Shown here piece after piece: positions 8,278 through 16,879 of a stretch of DNA of 64,000 nucleotides (positions are counted from its first letter, which is position 1; each line of letters begins with the position of its first letter). The translations under genes and the position numbers were made by a program. The stretch is from Chloroflexota bacterium (GTDB lineage Bacteria; Chloroflexota; UBA5177; JANWHV01). The notes under the pieces were generated by a model. It saw nothing but the letters and a program-made list of their open reading frames with translations. It was not told the origin of the DNA and ran no database searches. Where the stretch lies: positions 11,424-75,423 of the forward strand of contig DATLQX010000141.1 in NCBI GenBank assembly GCA_035534995.1. Reading direction: 5' to 3'.

Positions 8278-9189
8278 GTGGGAACAGTGCAGGACGCCGC
8301 CGTCGCGCGTAGCGAAACGACCGAGCTTGCCGATCCCCAGGGGCTACGGCCGCGATCGGGAACCCTGGGGAAGTTGGTCCGCGATCCAGGGGCCGTGATC
8401 GGGATCATCCTGGTGGTCACCGTGCTCTCGCTTGCCCTCCTGGCTCCCGTGTTATCCCCGCATGACCCCAACTTCATTTTTGATGATGGGACCAGCGACA
8501 ACGGGGGCCCTCTCGGCCATACGGCGAAGTTTCTCCTGGGCACCGACCCGCAAGGGCGCGATGTGTTAAGCCGGCTTCTCTGGAGCAGCCGCGTCTCGCT
8601 GGCAATCGCGGCGGTTGCCATGTTTATGACCGCGCTGGTGGGGGTGATGGTGGGCTGCCTGGCGGGGTATTTCCGCGGTTGGGTGGATGTTCTACTCATG
8701 CGCGTCACCGATGTGCTCCTGGCCTTCCCCCCCGTGCTGCTCGCCATGGCCCTGGCGGCCGCGTTCGGGGCCGGTTTCGGGAGCGTGGTGGCGGTGGTCG
8801 CCGCGGTCGCCTGGCCGCCGCTGGCCCGGACCGTCTATGCCCAGGTACTGACCGTCCGCGAACGTGACTACGTGGAGGCGGCTCGGGCCTTGGGGGCCGG
8901 GAACCTGAGAATATTACGCCGGCATATCGCCCCGCAAGTGCTGCCGATCATGCTGGTGTATACCACCCTCGGCGTCGCCACGGCGGTGAGTCTCGAATCC
9001 ACCCTCAGCTTCCTCGGACTGGGGATTCCCGCCACCGAACTTTCCTGGGGCGTGATGCTCAATATCGCGCTCGATTTTTACCAGAGCGATCCCCCGCTCC
9101 TGCTGTACCCAGCCCTGGCGATCGTCCTCACCGTCCTGGGCTTCACCCTGGTTGGTGAAGGTCTCAGACGGGCCACGGCGGCCGAATGA
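8278..9189 (+). CDS. ABC transporter permease, DppC/OppC type
   Basis: LGTDPQGRDVLSRLLWSSRVSL hallmark and multiple TM segments. The start is uncertain (GTG at 8278). Confidence 0.8.
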   Translation: MGTVQDAAVARSETTELADPQGLRPRSGTLGKLVRDPGAVIGIILVVTVLSLALLAPVLSPHDPNFIFDDGTSDNGGPLGHTAKFLLGTDPQGRDVLSRLLWSSRVSLAIAAVAMFMTALVGVMVGCLAGYFRGWVDVLLMRVTDVLLAFPPVLLAMALAAAFGAGFGSVVAVVAAVAWPPLARTVYAQVLTVRERDYVEAARALGAGNLRILRRHIAPQVLPIMLVYTTLGVATAVSLESTLSFLGLGIPATELSWGVMLNIALDFYQSDPPLLLYPALAIVLTVLGFTLVGEGLRRATAAE

Positions 9190-9208
9190 GCAAGAAGGAG
9201 CGGCGGCG

Positions 9209-10135
9209 ATGCTGACCTTTATCGTGAAACGGCTGTTTCTGGCGGTGTTGGTGCTGGTGGGTATCTCCATGCTCAGCTTCGCCCTTCTGAGTTTGGTCCC
9301 CGGAGACCCGGCCCGCCTCCTGGCCGGCCAGCAAGCCTCCCCCGCCGTGGTGGCCCAGATTCGCCATTCCTGGGGGCTCGACCAGCCGGCGCCAATCCGC
9401 TACCTGACCTACATGAGTCACGTGGTCCGCGGAGATTTGGGCCGTTCGTACATGGAAGACGAGGATGTGCTCCCCGCGATCCTCTCTCGTTTCCCCAACA
9501 CGGCGAAACTTGCACTGGCCGGGATCATCTGCGAGATGATCGTGGCCTTCCCGCTGGGCGTCGCGGCCGCCGCTCGATCCGGCGGCTGGCTTGACCGCGC
9601 CCTCCTGGCCTTCACCGCTCTTTCGATCTCCACCCCAACCTTCCTGGTGGCCCTCCTACTCCTTCTCAGCCTCGGTTCGGCCACCCATCTCCTGCCCCTG
9701 GGCGGCTATGGGGAGCCGTGGCCGAAATACGTGATCCTCCCGGCCCTGGCGATTGGGATCCCCGGTGGCGCCTGGTATTCTCGGCTGCTCCGCACCTCGC
9801 TCCTGGAGACCCGGCGGCTGGAGTTCATCCGGGCGGCGCGGGCCAAGGGCGTCTCGCGCCGCCGCCTCCTGGTTCGCCATGTTCTTCCCATCGCCGTCCT
9901 ACCACTTCTCCCGATCATCGGCGCCGATCTCGCCACCCTCCTGGGCGGGGTCGTGGTGGTGGAGGGCGTGACCAACTGGCCTGGGATGGGCTTGCAAGCG
10001 TATATCGCGCTCAAGTCGCTCGATATTCCCCTGGTCATGGGCACCGTTCTCCTGGCCGGCCTGGTGGTGGTGACCCTCAACCTAGTCGTGGATATCGCGG
10101 TGGCCGTGCTGGACCCGCGCGTACGTTTAGGGTAG
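9209..10135 (+). CDS. ABC transporter permease, DppB/OppB type
   Basis: MLTFIVKRLFLAVLVLVGISMLSFALLSLVPGDPA hallmark. AAGGAG lies 8 nt upstream of the ATG at 9209. Confidence 0.85.
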   Translation: MLTFIVKRLFLAVLVLVGISMLSFALLSLVPGDPARLLAGQQASPAVVAQIRHSWGLDQPAPIRYLTYMSHVVRGDLGRSYMEDEDVLPAILSRFPNTAKLALAGIICEMIVAFPLGVAAAARSGGWLDRALLAFTALSISTPTFLVALLLLLSLGSATHLLPLGGYGEPWPKYVILPALAIGIPGGAWYSRLLRTSLLETRRLEFIRAARAKGVSRRRLLVRHVLPIAVLPLLPIIGADLATLLGGVVVVEGVTNWPGMGLQAYIALKSLDIPLVMGTVLLAGLVVVTLNLVVDIAVAVLDPRVRLG

Positions 10136-10327
10136 ATAGTAGCCGTGGTGCCTACGGCTATAGCCGGTGACCCACCGCCACAGCCGGAGGTATCGACCCA
10201 GCCCCCGCACGCGGGCCACACCAATTCTTGCTATCCTTACCGGCACGAGACCCGACGAGGCCGCGGAGGTACCAACTTGTCATAAGGTTGGGGGGAGGGT
10301 TGCGGCTCAGGGTTGAGGAGGCACGCC

Positions 10328-13300
10328 ATGCCGGAACCGAGCGAAAAGCTGTCCACGTTTGACCATCTGGTAGTGATTGGGTCATCTGCCGGTGGGATTA
10401 CGGCCCTCTCCACCCTGGTGGCCACCTTGCCGCTGGATTTCCCCGCCCCCATCGTGATCGCCCAACACCTCGATCCATCCCGGGCCAGCCATCTCGGTGA
10501 GATTCTGGCCCGCCGCAGCACGCTGCCGGTGCGCATTCTGACCGAGCACGAAGCACTGGCTCCTGGCGTGGTCTTCGTGGTTCCCTCCAACCGCAATGTG
10601 GAAATCACCGATCACGCGGTTCGTTTGAATACTGAACTGGTCGGGCGCTCGAAGCCGTCGGTCGATGTTTTGTTGAGCACCGCCGCCGCGCTGTTTGGCG
10701 AGAATCTGGTCGCCGTTATCCTTACCGGCAGCGGCTCGGATGGGGCGGCAGGTGCTCGGGCCGTGAAGGCGGCCGGCGGCACGGTGGTGATCCAGGATCC
10801 CGAGACGGCTGAGTTTCCCTCCATGCCCCGAGCCTTGGCGCCGACCTCGGTTGATGTGGTGTCCAGCCTGGAAAACATGGGCGCCGTGCTGTACACCCTG
10901 GTGACCGGCGTGAAGGCGCCGCGCGCATCACAGGATGAGCGCGCGCTTGGCGCGGTGCTGGCGGAGGTGCGGACCCGGCAGGGGCTGGACTTTACCCGTT
11001 ATAAGATGCCCACCATCCTCCGCCGCGTCCGCCGGCGCATGGCCGCGACCGGCACGACCACGCTCTCGGCCTATCAGTCGTATCTGCTGGAACACCCAGG
11101 CGAAACCCCTCGCCTGGTTAACTCGTTGTTGATCAACGTCACCGAGTTTTTCCGCGATCCAGCGCTCTTCGAGCATCTCCGGCAGCATGGGTTGCCGGAT
11201 ATTCTCGCGCTCGCGCGTGCGCAAGGTACCGACCTGCGCATCTGGTCGGCGGGCTGCGCCACCGGCGAGGAAGCCTACTCGCTGGCCATCTTGATCGCGG
11301 AAATGCTCGGCCCCGACCTGGAGCAAGTGACGGTCCGCTTGTTCGCCACCGATGTCGATGGCGAGGCGATCACCTTTGCTCGCCGCGGTATCTACCCGGC
11401 CGCCGCGCTGACCTCTCTGACCCCGGCGCTCATTGAGCGCTACTTCATTCCGATCGACGGGGCCTTCGAGGTGAGCAAACGCATCCGTGGGCTGATCGTC
11501 TTCGGCGAGCATGATTTGGCGCAACGGCCGCCGTTCCCGCGCATTGACCTGGTGCTGTGCCGCAACGTGCTGATCTATTTCACCCCGGAATTGCAAACCC
11601 GGGCTCTTCGGCTTTTTGCCTTCGCCTTGCGCGATCGCGGCTATCTGGTGCTTGGCAAAGCGGAGACACCTCGGCCTTTGAACGACTACTTTGAATGCGT
11701 GGACTCTTCCCTCAAGATCTACCAGCGTCACGGCGCGCGCACGGTGCTGCCGCCTACCTGGAGTAAAGAGGCGACAGCGGTTGCCGTGCCCCGAGCTCGG
11801 ACGAACGGACATCGGCCGGAAGAATTGTCGGCCCTGGAGAGCCCGGGCCCGGCGGAGGTTGATCCCGACCACGCGTTAGAGGAGCCGCCGGCCGGCGCCA
11901 CTCAGGACGGCTTGCTGGACGATATTCCCCTTGGCGTGGTGGTGGTGGATCGGCGCTACGACATCCTGACTATTAACCGTGCCGCTCGGCTACTTCTCGG
12001 TGTCTACCACGAGGCGATTGGCGAGGATTTGATCCACCTGGCCCAGAGTTTGCCGGGCCCTCTCTTGCGGGCCGCTATTGACGCGGCGTTCCGCGATGGT
12101 TCATCGACTCGCCTGGACCAGGTGGTGCCGGTCGTCCTGGCCACCGGAGAGGAACGCAGCCTGGAAATTACCTGTCGGTCGGTTCAGTTGAATACCCCAA
12201 ACTGGGAAGCTCCAACCGTGATGATCCTGCTCAACGACCATACGGCGGCCGAGCAGGCCAGAGCCAGTCAGGAAGACGAAATAGCGCGTTTGACGGCGCG
12301 GGTGCGGGACATGGCGCAGGCCAATCAGGCCCTGCTGGCCGCCAACGCGGCGCTCACTACTGCCAGTACGGCCCTACGCCAAGACACCGTGGAGGCGCGG
12401 GCTGATACGGCGGACGCGCAAGCCCAGACCGAGGAGGTGATCACCCTCAACGAGGAGTTGCAAGCTACCAATGAGGAGATGGAGACCCTCAACGAGGAGT
12501 TGCAAGCCACCATCGAGGAGGTGGAGACCGCGAACGACGAGCTTGATTCCCGCAGGCTGTCTCTGATAGACCTCAACTCGTCAATGGAGACCGAGCGCGC
12601 GTACCTCGAACTCATTCTCGGGAGCATCGGCGATGCCGTGCTGGTGGTGGATATTAACGGGACGTTCACCAGGACCAATGCCGCCTACGACGCGTTGTTT
12701 GGCCAGAATACCACGACGATGGTGTTTCTGGATGAGCAGGGAAATCAATTACCGTACGCCGCATTGCCGAGACATCGCGCGGCGTCCGGGGAGACATTCA
12801 ACATGGTATTCCGATCGAACGCCGCCGACGGAACCCAGCATTGGTTCGAGGCCAATGGGCGGCCCCTGCTGACTCCCGATGGAGGGCGCCATGGGGTTGT
12901 GGTGATCCGCGACATCACCATGTTTACCCAACATCAGCGGCTGCAGGACGAGTTCCTCTCGCTGGCCAGCCATGAACTGCGCACCCCGCTCACCTCCGTT
13001 TTGGGGTATCTGGGCATGCTTGAGCGAGGCCTACGCGATCCCATCGGCAACGAACGCTTGCGAGGATTCGCCGCCAAGGCATTGCACGAAGCGGAGCGCC
13101 TGGTTCTCATGGTGCGAGATCTCACCGATGTTTCACGCTTGCAATCCGGCAAGCTCACCCTGGACCGGAAGCCGCTGGACTTCGCGGCGCTGATCACGCA
13201 AGTGGTCGAGCTAGCCCGGGATCTGCCGCCCGGTCACGCTATTCACCTTGAGACGGCTTCGGGGCCGATGACCATTTATGGTGACGCGATGCGGCTTGAG

Positions 13301-13645
13301 CAAGTGCTCTTCAACATCTTCACCAACTCCATGTTCCACGCTCCCAGCGACCGACCCATTGAAGTGCGGCTTCAACGCCTGGATGGCGGCGTCCACCTGG
13401 AAATAGAAGACCATGGGCGAGGGATCGCTCCCGATCAATTGCCGCGCCTTTTCTCGCGCTTTTACCAGATTGAGAATTCCGAATGGGCCTCTCGCCAGGG
13501 GATGGGCCTTGGCCTGTTCATCTGCAAGGAACTGGTCACCGCGCATGGCGGCCGGATCGAAGTCGCCTCCACCGAAGGCGAGGGCACGACTTTCACCGTG
13601 TGGCTGCCGCTGTCGGAGGCGGGAGCGGGGGTGGAGGGTACCTAA
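10328..13645 (+). CDS. Multidomain CheB methylesterase - CheR methyltransferase - PAS - coiled coil - PAS - histidine kinase fusion
   Basis: CheB triad context VVIGSSAGG / IAQHLD / TGSGSDGAAG. CheR SAM site IWSAGCATGEEAYSLAI. LNEELQATNEEMETLNEELQATIEEVE coiled coil. HisKA SLASHELRTPLTS. HATPase DHGRGI...GMGLGL. GAGGAGG precedes the ATG at 10328. Confidence 0.9.
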   Translation: MPEPSEKLSTFDHLVVIGSSAGGITALSTLVATLPLDFPAPIVIAQHLDPSRASHLGEILARRSTLPVRILTEHEALAPGVVFVVPSNRNVEITDHAVRLNTELVGRSKPSVDVLLSTAAALFGENLVAVILTGSGSDGAAGARAVKAAGGTVVIQDPETAEFPSMPRALAPTSVDVVSSLENMGAVLYTLVTGVKAPRASQDERALGAVLAEVRTRQGLDFTRYKMPTILRRVRRRMAATGTTTLSAYQSYLLEHPGETPRLVNSLLINVTEFFRDPALFEHLRQHGLPDILALARAQGTDLRIWSAGCATGEEAYSLAILIAEMLGPDLEQVTVRLFATDVDGEAITFARRGIYPAAALTSLTPALIERYFIPIDGAFEVSKRIRGLIVFGEHDLAQRPPFPRIDLVLCRNVLIYFTPELQTRALRLFAFALRDRGYLVLGKAETPRPLNDYFECVDSSLKIYQRHGARTVLPPTWSKEATAVAVPRARTNGHRPEELSALESPGPAEVDPDHALEEPPAGATQDGLLDDIPLGVVVVDRRYDILTINRAARLLLGVYHEAIGEDLIHLAQSLPGPLLRAAIDAAFRDGSSTRLDQVVPVVLATGEERSLEITCRSVQLNTPNWEAPTVMILLNDHTAAEQARASQEDEIARLTARVRDMAQANQALLAANAALTTASTALRQDTVEARADTADAQAQTEEVITLNEELQATNEEMETLNEELQATIEEVETANDELDSRRLSLIDLNSSMETERAYLELILGSIGDAVLVVDINGTFTRTNAAYDALFGQNTTTMVFLDEQGNQLPYAALPRHRAASGETFNMVFRSNAADGTQHWFEANGRPLLTPDGGRHGVVVIRDITMFTQHQRLQDEFLSLASHELRTPLTSVLGYLGMLERGLRDPIGNERLRGFAAKALHEAERLVLMVRDLTDVSRLQSGKLTLDRKPLDFAALITQVVELARDLPPGHAIHLETASGPMTIYGDAMRLEQVLFNIFTNSMFHAPSDRPIEVRLQRLDGGVHLEIEDHGRGIAPDQLPRLFSRFYQIENSEWASRQGMGLGLFICKELVTAHGGRIEVASTEGEGTTFTVWLPLSEAGAGVEGT

Positions 13646-13678
13646 AAGACCACGGGCCGCCTTGGTGACGTTCATACC

Positions 13679-13727
13679 ATCCCTCCGCCCATGGTTCTAC
13701 TGCCAGTAGAATCATGGGCGGAGGGAT
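13679..13727. terminator. Long hairpin between convergent genes (putative bidirectional terminator)
   Basis: atccctccgcccatggttctactg / cagtagaatcatgggcggagggat: 24-nt arms with 1 mismatch. It lies between the stop at 13645 (+) and the stop at 13773 (-). Confidence 0.55.
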
Positions 13728-13772
13728 ATCAATATTCCAGGCCAAGGTTCCGTTTCCGCGGCATCACCGCTT

Positions 13773-14426
13773 CTACTCAGGCATCTGGTCCGAGTCCACG
13801 TTGAGGTACACCACTCCTTCATCCACGCTCTCGATCAGGTCGGGATCGAGGACGTGGTCGGTATGGGTGAATAACCCGGAACGCACCACGAGCTCCGTGA
13901 CCGCGCCGGTGTCGCTATCGAACGTGATGTCCTCGACCTTGCCCACGTTCTTCCCGTCACGCGCGGTGACGGTGCTGCCCTTTCCGATCACCGCGTTCTC
14001 CCATGCGTCCCGTGACAGCCGGTCGACGGCTTCAGTATCCGTGGCCATCCCCTGGGCGGGATTGGGATTCGTCCCCATGTATGGAGTGCCGCCGTAGCCC
14101 CCGACAAGGAGGGAGGTCGGCCAGTACAGTGAGCCGTAGCTGTAGCCGGTAGGGGTAAGGTAGTCCGGCGGGGGCAGCGAGTAATTGGCTTCATGGAACT
14201 CCGGCAGGTTCTTCACCTCCTCGGCCGTCATAGCCACCGAAAAGCCGCCATCGGTCGCCTGACGCAAGTCGTCAATCTGGACCTCGACATCCCTGGGGAG
14301 GAACATTCCTTTCCGGACCACCGCCGCCGTTACATCGTTGCGGCTCGGATCCATGATCAGCCGATCCACCGAACCGATATCCTGTCCATCGCTTGAGCGC
14401 ACTGGCGCGCCAATATCAACACGCAT
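13773..14426 (-). CDS. Tandem PRC-barrel domain protein
   Basis: MRVDIGAPVRSSDGQDIGSVDRLIMDP...VVRKGMFLPRDVEV and a second module VIGKGSTVTARDGKNVGKVEDITFDSDTGAVTELVVRSG. Confidence 0.75.
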   Translation of the reverse strand: MRVDIGAPVRSSDGQDIGSVDRLIMDPSRNDVTAAVVRKGMFLPRDVEVQIDDLRQATDGGFSVAMTAEEVKNLPEFHEANYSLPPPDYLTPTGYSYGSLYWPTSLLVGGYGGTPYMGTNPNPAQGMATDTEAVDRLSRDAWENAVIGKGSTVTARDGKNVGKVEDITFDSDTGAVTELVVRSGLFTHTDHVLDPDLIESVDEGVVYLNVDSDQMPE

Positions 14427-14671
14427 GGCCTTCCCTTCCTTCCAATAGCTGTGGGCATGTTTCTCGCGCACTTGAAGCAGCCATCAGCGCGCGAACTGGG
14501 AAAAATAGCATCAATAGAGCCAGCCCCACGATCCAAGCATGGCCTTCGGCGCCTTAATTCGCAGCCGCCAAATCACCTACCCTGGCCGGGAAACCGGACT
14601 AACCCATCCTCGCCTGGTTCCGCCTTAGGCCGCTTTGGGCGAGGGTGCCCATCAATTGGGGGAAGAGCGGG

Positions 14672-14962
14672 ATGCCGGTTGAACATAAGACCCGTCAGAG
14701 CACGGGTCAGCTTGGTGCCCAGGCGCGGGACAACGTCATGCAGGCAAAGGCCGGCCTCCAGCAAATGGTGCAAAACAACCCGTTGGTGGTTGGCGCTGTC
14801 GTCGCCGGCCTTGGGGTCATGGTCGGTCTCGCGGTACCGGAGACGGACAAGGAAAACGAGCTGATGGGGCAGACCCACGACGCGCTCATGCAACAGGCGG
14901 GACAGGCGGCCCAAGAGACTGTCACGCGGGTAGGTCAGGCCGCCGCCGACGCGATCAAGTAA
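14672..14962 (+). CDS. Small hypothetical protein with a central TM segment (DUF3618/YtxH-like is a guess)
   Basis: The ATG at 14672 follows GGGGGAAGAG. NPLVVGAVVAGLGVMVGLAVPETDKENELMG. No family can be confirmed without a search. Confidence 0.45.
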   Translation: MPVEHKTRQSTGQLGAQARDNVMQAKAGLQQMVQNNPLVVGAVVAGLGVMVGLAVPETDKENELMGQTHDALMQQAGQAAQETVTRVGQAAADAIK

Positions 14963-15038
14963 AATGGGATTGCCGGGCCTCCGGCTGAGTCCGAGTGTGG
15001 TTGGAAGCCTCCGCTTAAAAGCGGATGTCAGGATTGTT

Positions 15039-15093
15039 ATCGGCCAAAGCCGGGTGTCTGACCTAACGTGTCGTACACCCGGCTTTGGCCGAT
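15039..15093. terminator. Perfect 19-bp inverted repeat between convergent genes (putative bidirectional terminator)
   Basis: atcggccaaagccgggtgt (15039-15057) / acacccggctttggccgat (15075-15093), 17-nt loop. A small extra hairpin ccgcttaaaagcgg lies at 15011-15024. Confidence 0.55.
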
Positions 15094-15145
15094 TCGCTAT
15101 CACTTCCATCCGGCTTTAGCTGGAGGGCCACGCGGCGGATCGCGC

Positions 15146-15652
15146 TTACGCGGCGGCTGTCTGCCCGGGTGCTGGGCGGCCGAACAGCCCAGCGGCCACC
15201 ATCTCTCCGGCGCTGACAAGCGCGCCGCCCACCAACCAACCCGGTACGCGCAGGCGCAGGGCGCGATCAAGTGAGAAGCGGCCAGGGCCGAGCACCGCCA
15301 GGGCCAGCGCGATGGCGGCGTTGCTCAGCGGAAGCTCCGCTCCCCCTTTGGTGACCCAGACCGGTTTGCCCCAGTGGACCGTGCCCGTGGCCATGGCCAT
15401 GGCGGACATCACTCCTATGGGGCCAAGGGGATTGAGGAAGCCCAGCGCCGTGAGGGTACCGCCGGTGAACTCGGCCATTCCCGCCATCAAGCCCCAGTGT
15501 TCACCTGGCCGCAACCCCATGCTCTCCATCATCCCGGCGGTGCCCTTCCGTCCCGGTCCCTCGAAGACGCCAAAGAGCTTCTGTGCCCCATGACCAGCCA
15601 ACAGGCCGCCCGTAACTACCCGTGCCGCCAGTATGCCTACATCCTCTTTCAT
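15146..15652 (-). CDS. DoxX family membrane protein
   Basis: ILAARVVTGGLLAGHGAQKLFGVFEGPG...GMMESMGLRPG...FTGGTLTALGF, the DoxX pattern. Internal ATG (MKED) chosen as the start. Confidence 0.8.
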   Translation of the reverse strand: MKEDVGILAARVVTGGLLAGHGAQKLFGVFEGPGRKGTAGMMESMGLRPGEHWGLMAGMAEFTGGTLTALGFLNPLGPIGVMSAMAMATGTVHWGKPVWVTKGGAELPLSNAAIALALAVLGPGRFSLDRALRLRVPGWLVGGALVSAGEMVAAGLFGRPAPGQTAAA

Positions 15653-15753
15653 CGTTCTTTCCTTTCGAACACGACTCTGGCTGAAGAGCAATCCCGCCGG
15701 GTACTCAGCGTGAATCATGATGATGGCTTCCGGCCGCCGCGGTCGGAGCCGGC

Positions 15754-16857
15754 TCAAAGCTTATAGGGCGCGGCGTCCGCGTGCTTGAACTCCAGCCCTA
15801 GACCGGGCCGGGAGCGATCGGGATGCAGTGCCCCATCAATGGGCAGGACAGTGCCATCGAAAAGCATCCGCTCGATTCGGGCGTGGTCATGGAAATACTC
15901 GATTGGACTGAAGAGTGGGATGGCCGCGCAGGCGGCGACGTGAAGCGATGGGGCGCAGTGCGCTGACAGCTTCATACTTCGGGATTCAGTGAGCGCGGCA
16001 GCCCTCAAGAAACCGGTGATCCCGGCACAGCGGGAGGCGTCGGCTTGCAGCACGTCCACGGCGCCGGCTTCCAGCAAATGGCGGAAATACCAGAGGTCGT
16101 AGCCGTACTCACCCGCCGCGATGTCCATGCCGGACGGGCCGCGATCCCGGATCAACCGCAGCCCTTCCAGGTCATCCGACGAGACCGGCTCCTCGAACCA
16201 CACCACGCCGTACTCCTGAAAGGCGGCTGCCTGAGCCAGGGCCTGCTTCCGGCTGTAGGCGCCGTTGGCGTCCACGTAGAGGGCGGCATCCGGTCCGATA
16301 GCCTCGCGAGCCGCTCGCACGCGACCTAGATCGGCCTCCGGATAGGTACCGATTTTCATCTTCACCCGGCGGATACCATCCCTCACCCACCCCCCGAGTT
16401 GTTTCTGAAGGTGGTCAATCGAGTAACTGGTAAAGCCGCCGCTCCCATAGACCGGCACGGCCTCCCGAACCGCGCCCAGAAGAGTGCTGAGCGATATATC
16501 AAGCAGGCGTGCCTTCAGATCCCAGAGGGCGACATCAACGGCGGCGATCGCCATGGAACTGATTCCCGGCCGGCCCAGGTTGCGGATTGCGTGGACCATC
16601 GCTTCCCAACACCCAGGAATATCCATCGCGTCGAGCCCGGCAATCTTCTCGGCCAGGAGATCCCGGATCAGGCAGGCGGTTGCCGTATCGGCATAGGTAT
16701 AACCAAGGCTCCGGATCCCGCCGCCGCTCGCCTGAACCAGGACCAGGGTGGTGGAGTCCCAACGGTACGTCCCATCCGCCTCGGGTGCGTCCGTGGGGAT
16801 CTTGAAGGCGGATACTTCCAGGCCCTCGATGGGCACCGCTGATGAGAATCTGGTCAT
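15754..16857 (-). CDS. Enolase-superfamily enzyme (mandelate racemase / muconate lactonizing enzyme family)
   Basis: AAVDVALWDLKARLL, VKMKIG, LYVDANGAY, VWFEEPV, IAAGEY: the metal-ligand and catalytic motif order of the MR/MLE family. Confidence 0.85.
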   Translation of the reverse strand: MTRFSSAVPIEGLEVSAFKIPTDAPEADGTYRWDSTTLVLVQASGGGIRSLGYTYADTATACLIRDLLAEKIAGLDAMDIPGCWEAMVHAIRNLGRPGISSMAIAAVDVALWDLKARLLDISLSTLLGAVREAVPVYGSGGFTSYSIDHLQKQLGGWVRDGIRRVKMKIGTYPEADLGRVRAAREAIGPDAALYVDANGAYSRKQALAQAAAFQEYGVVWFEEPVSSDDLEGLRLIRDRGPSGMDIAAGEYGYDLWYFRHLLEAGAVDVLQADASRCAGITGFLRAAALTESRSMKLSAHCAPSLHVAACAAIPLFSPIEYFHDHARIERMLFDGTVLPIDGALHPDRSRPGLGLEFKHADAAPYKL

Positions 16858-16879
16858 GAATGCCCTTTCTCAAAACTGG

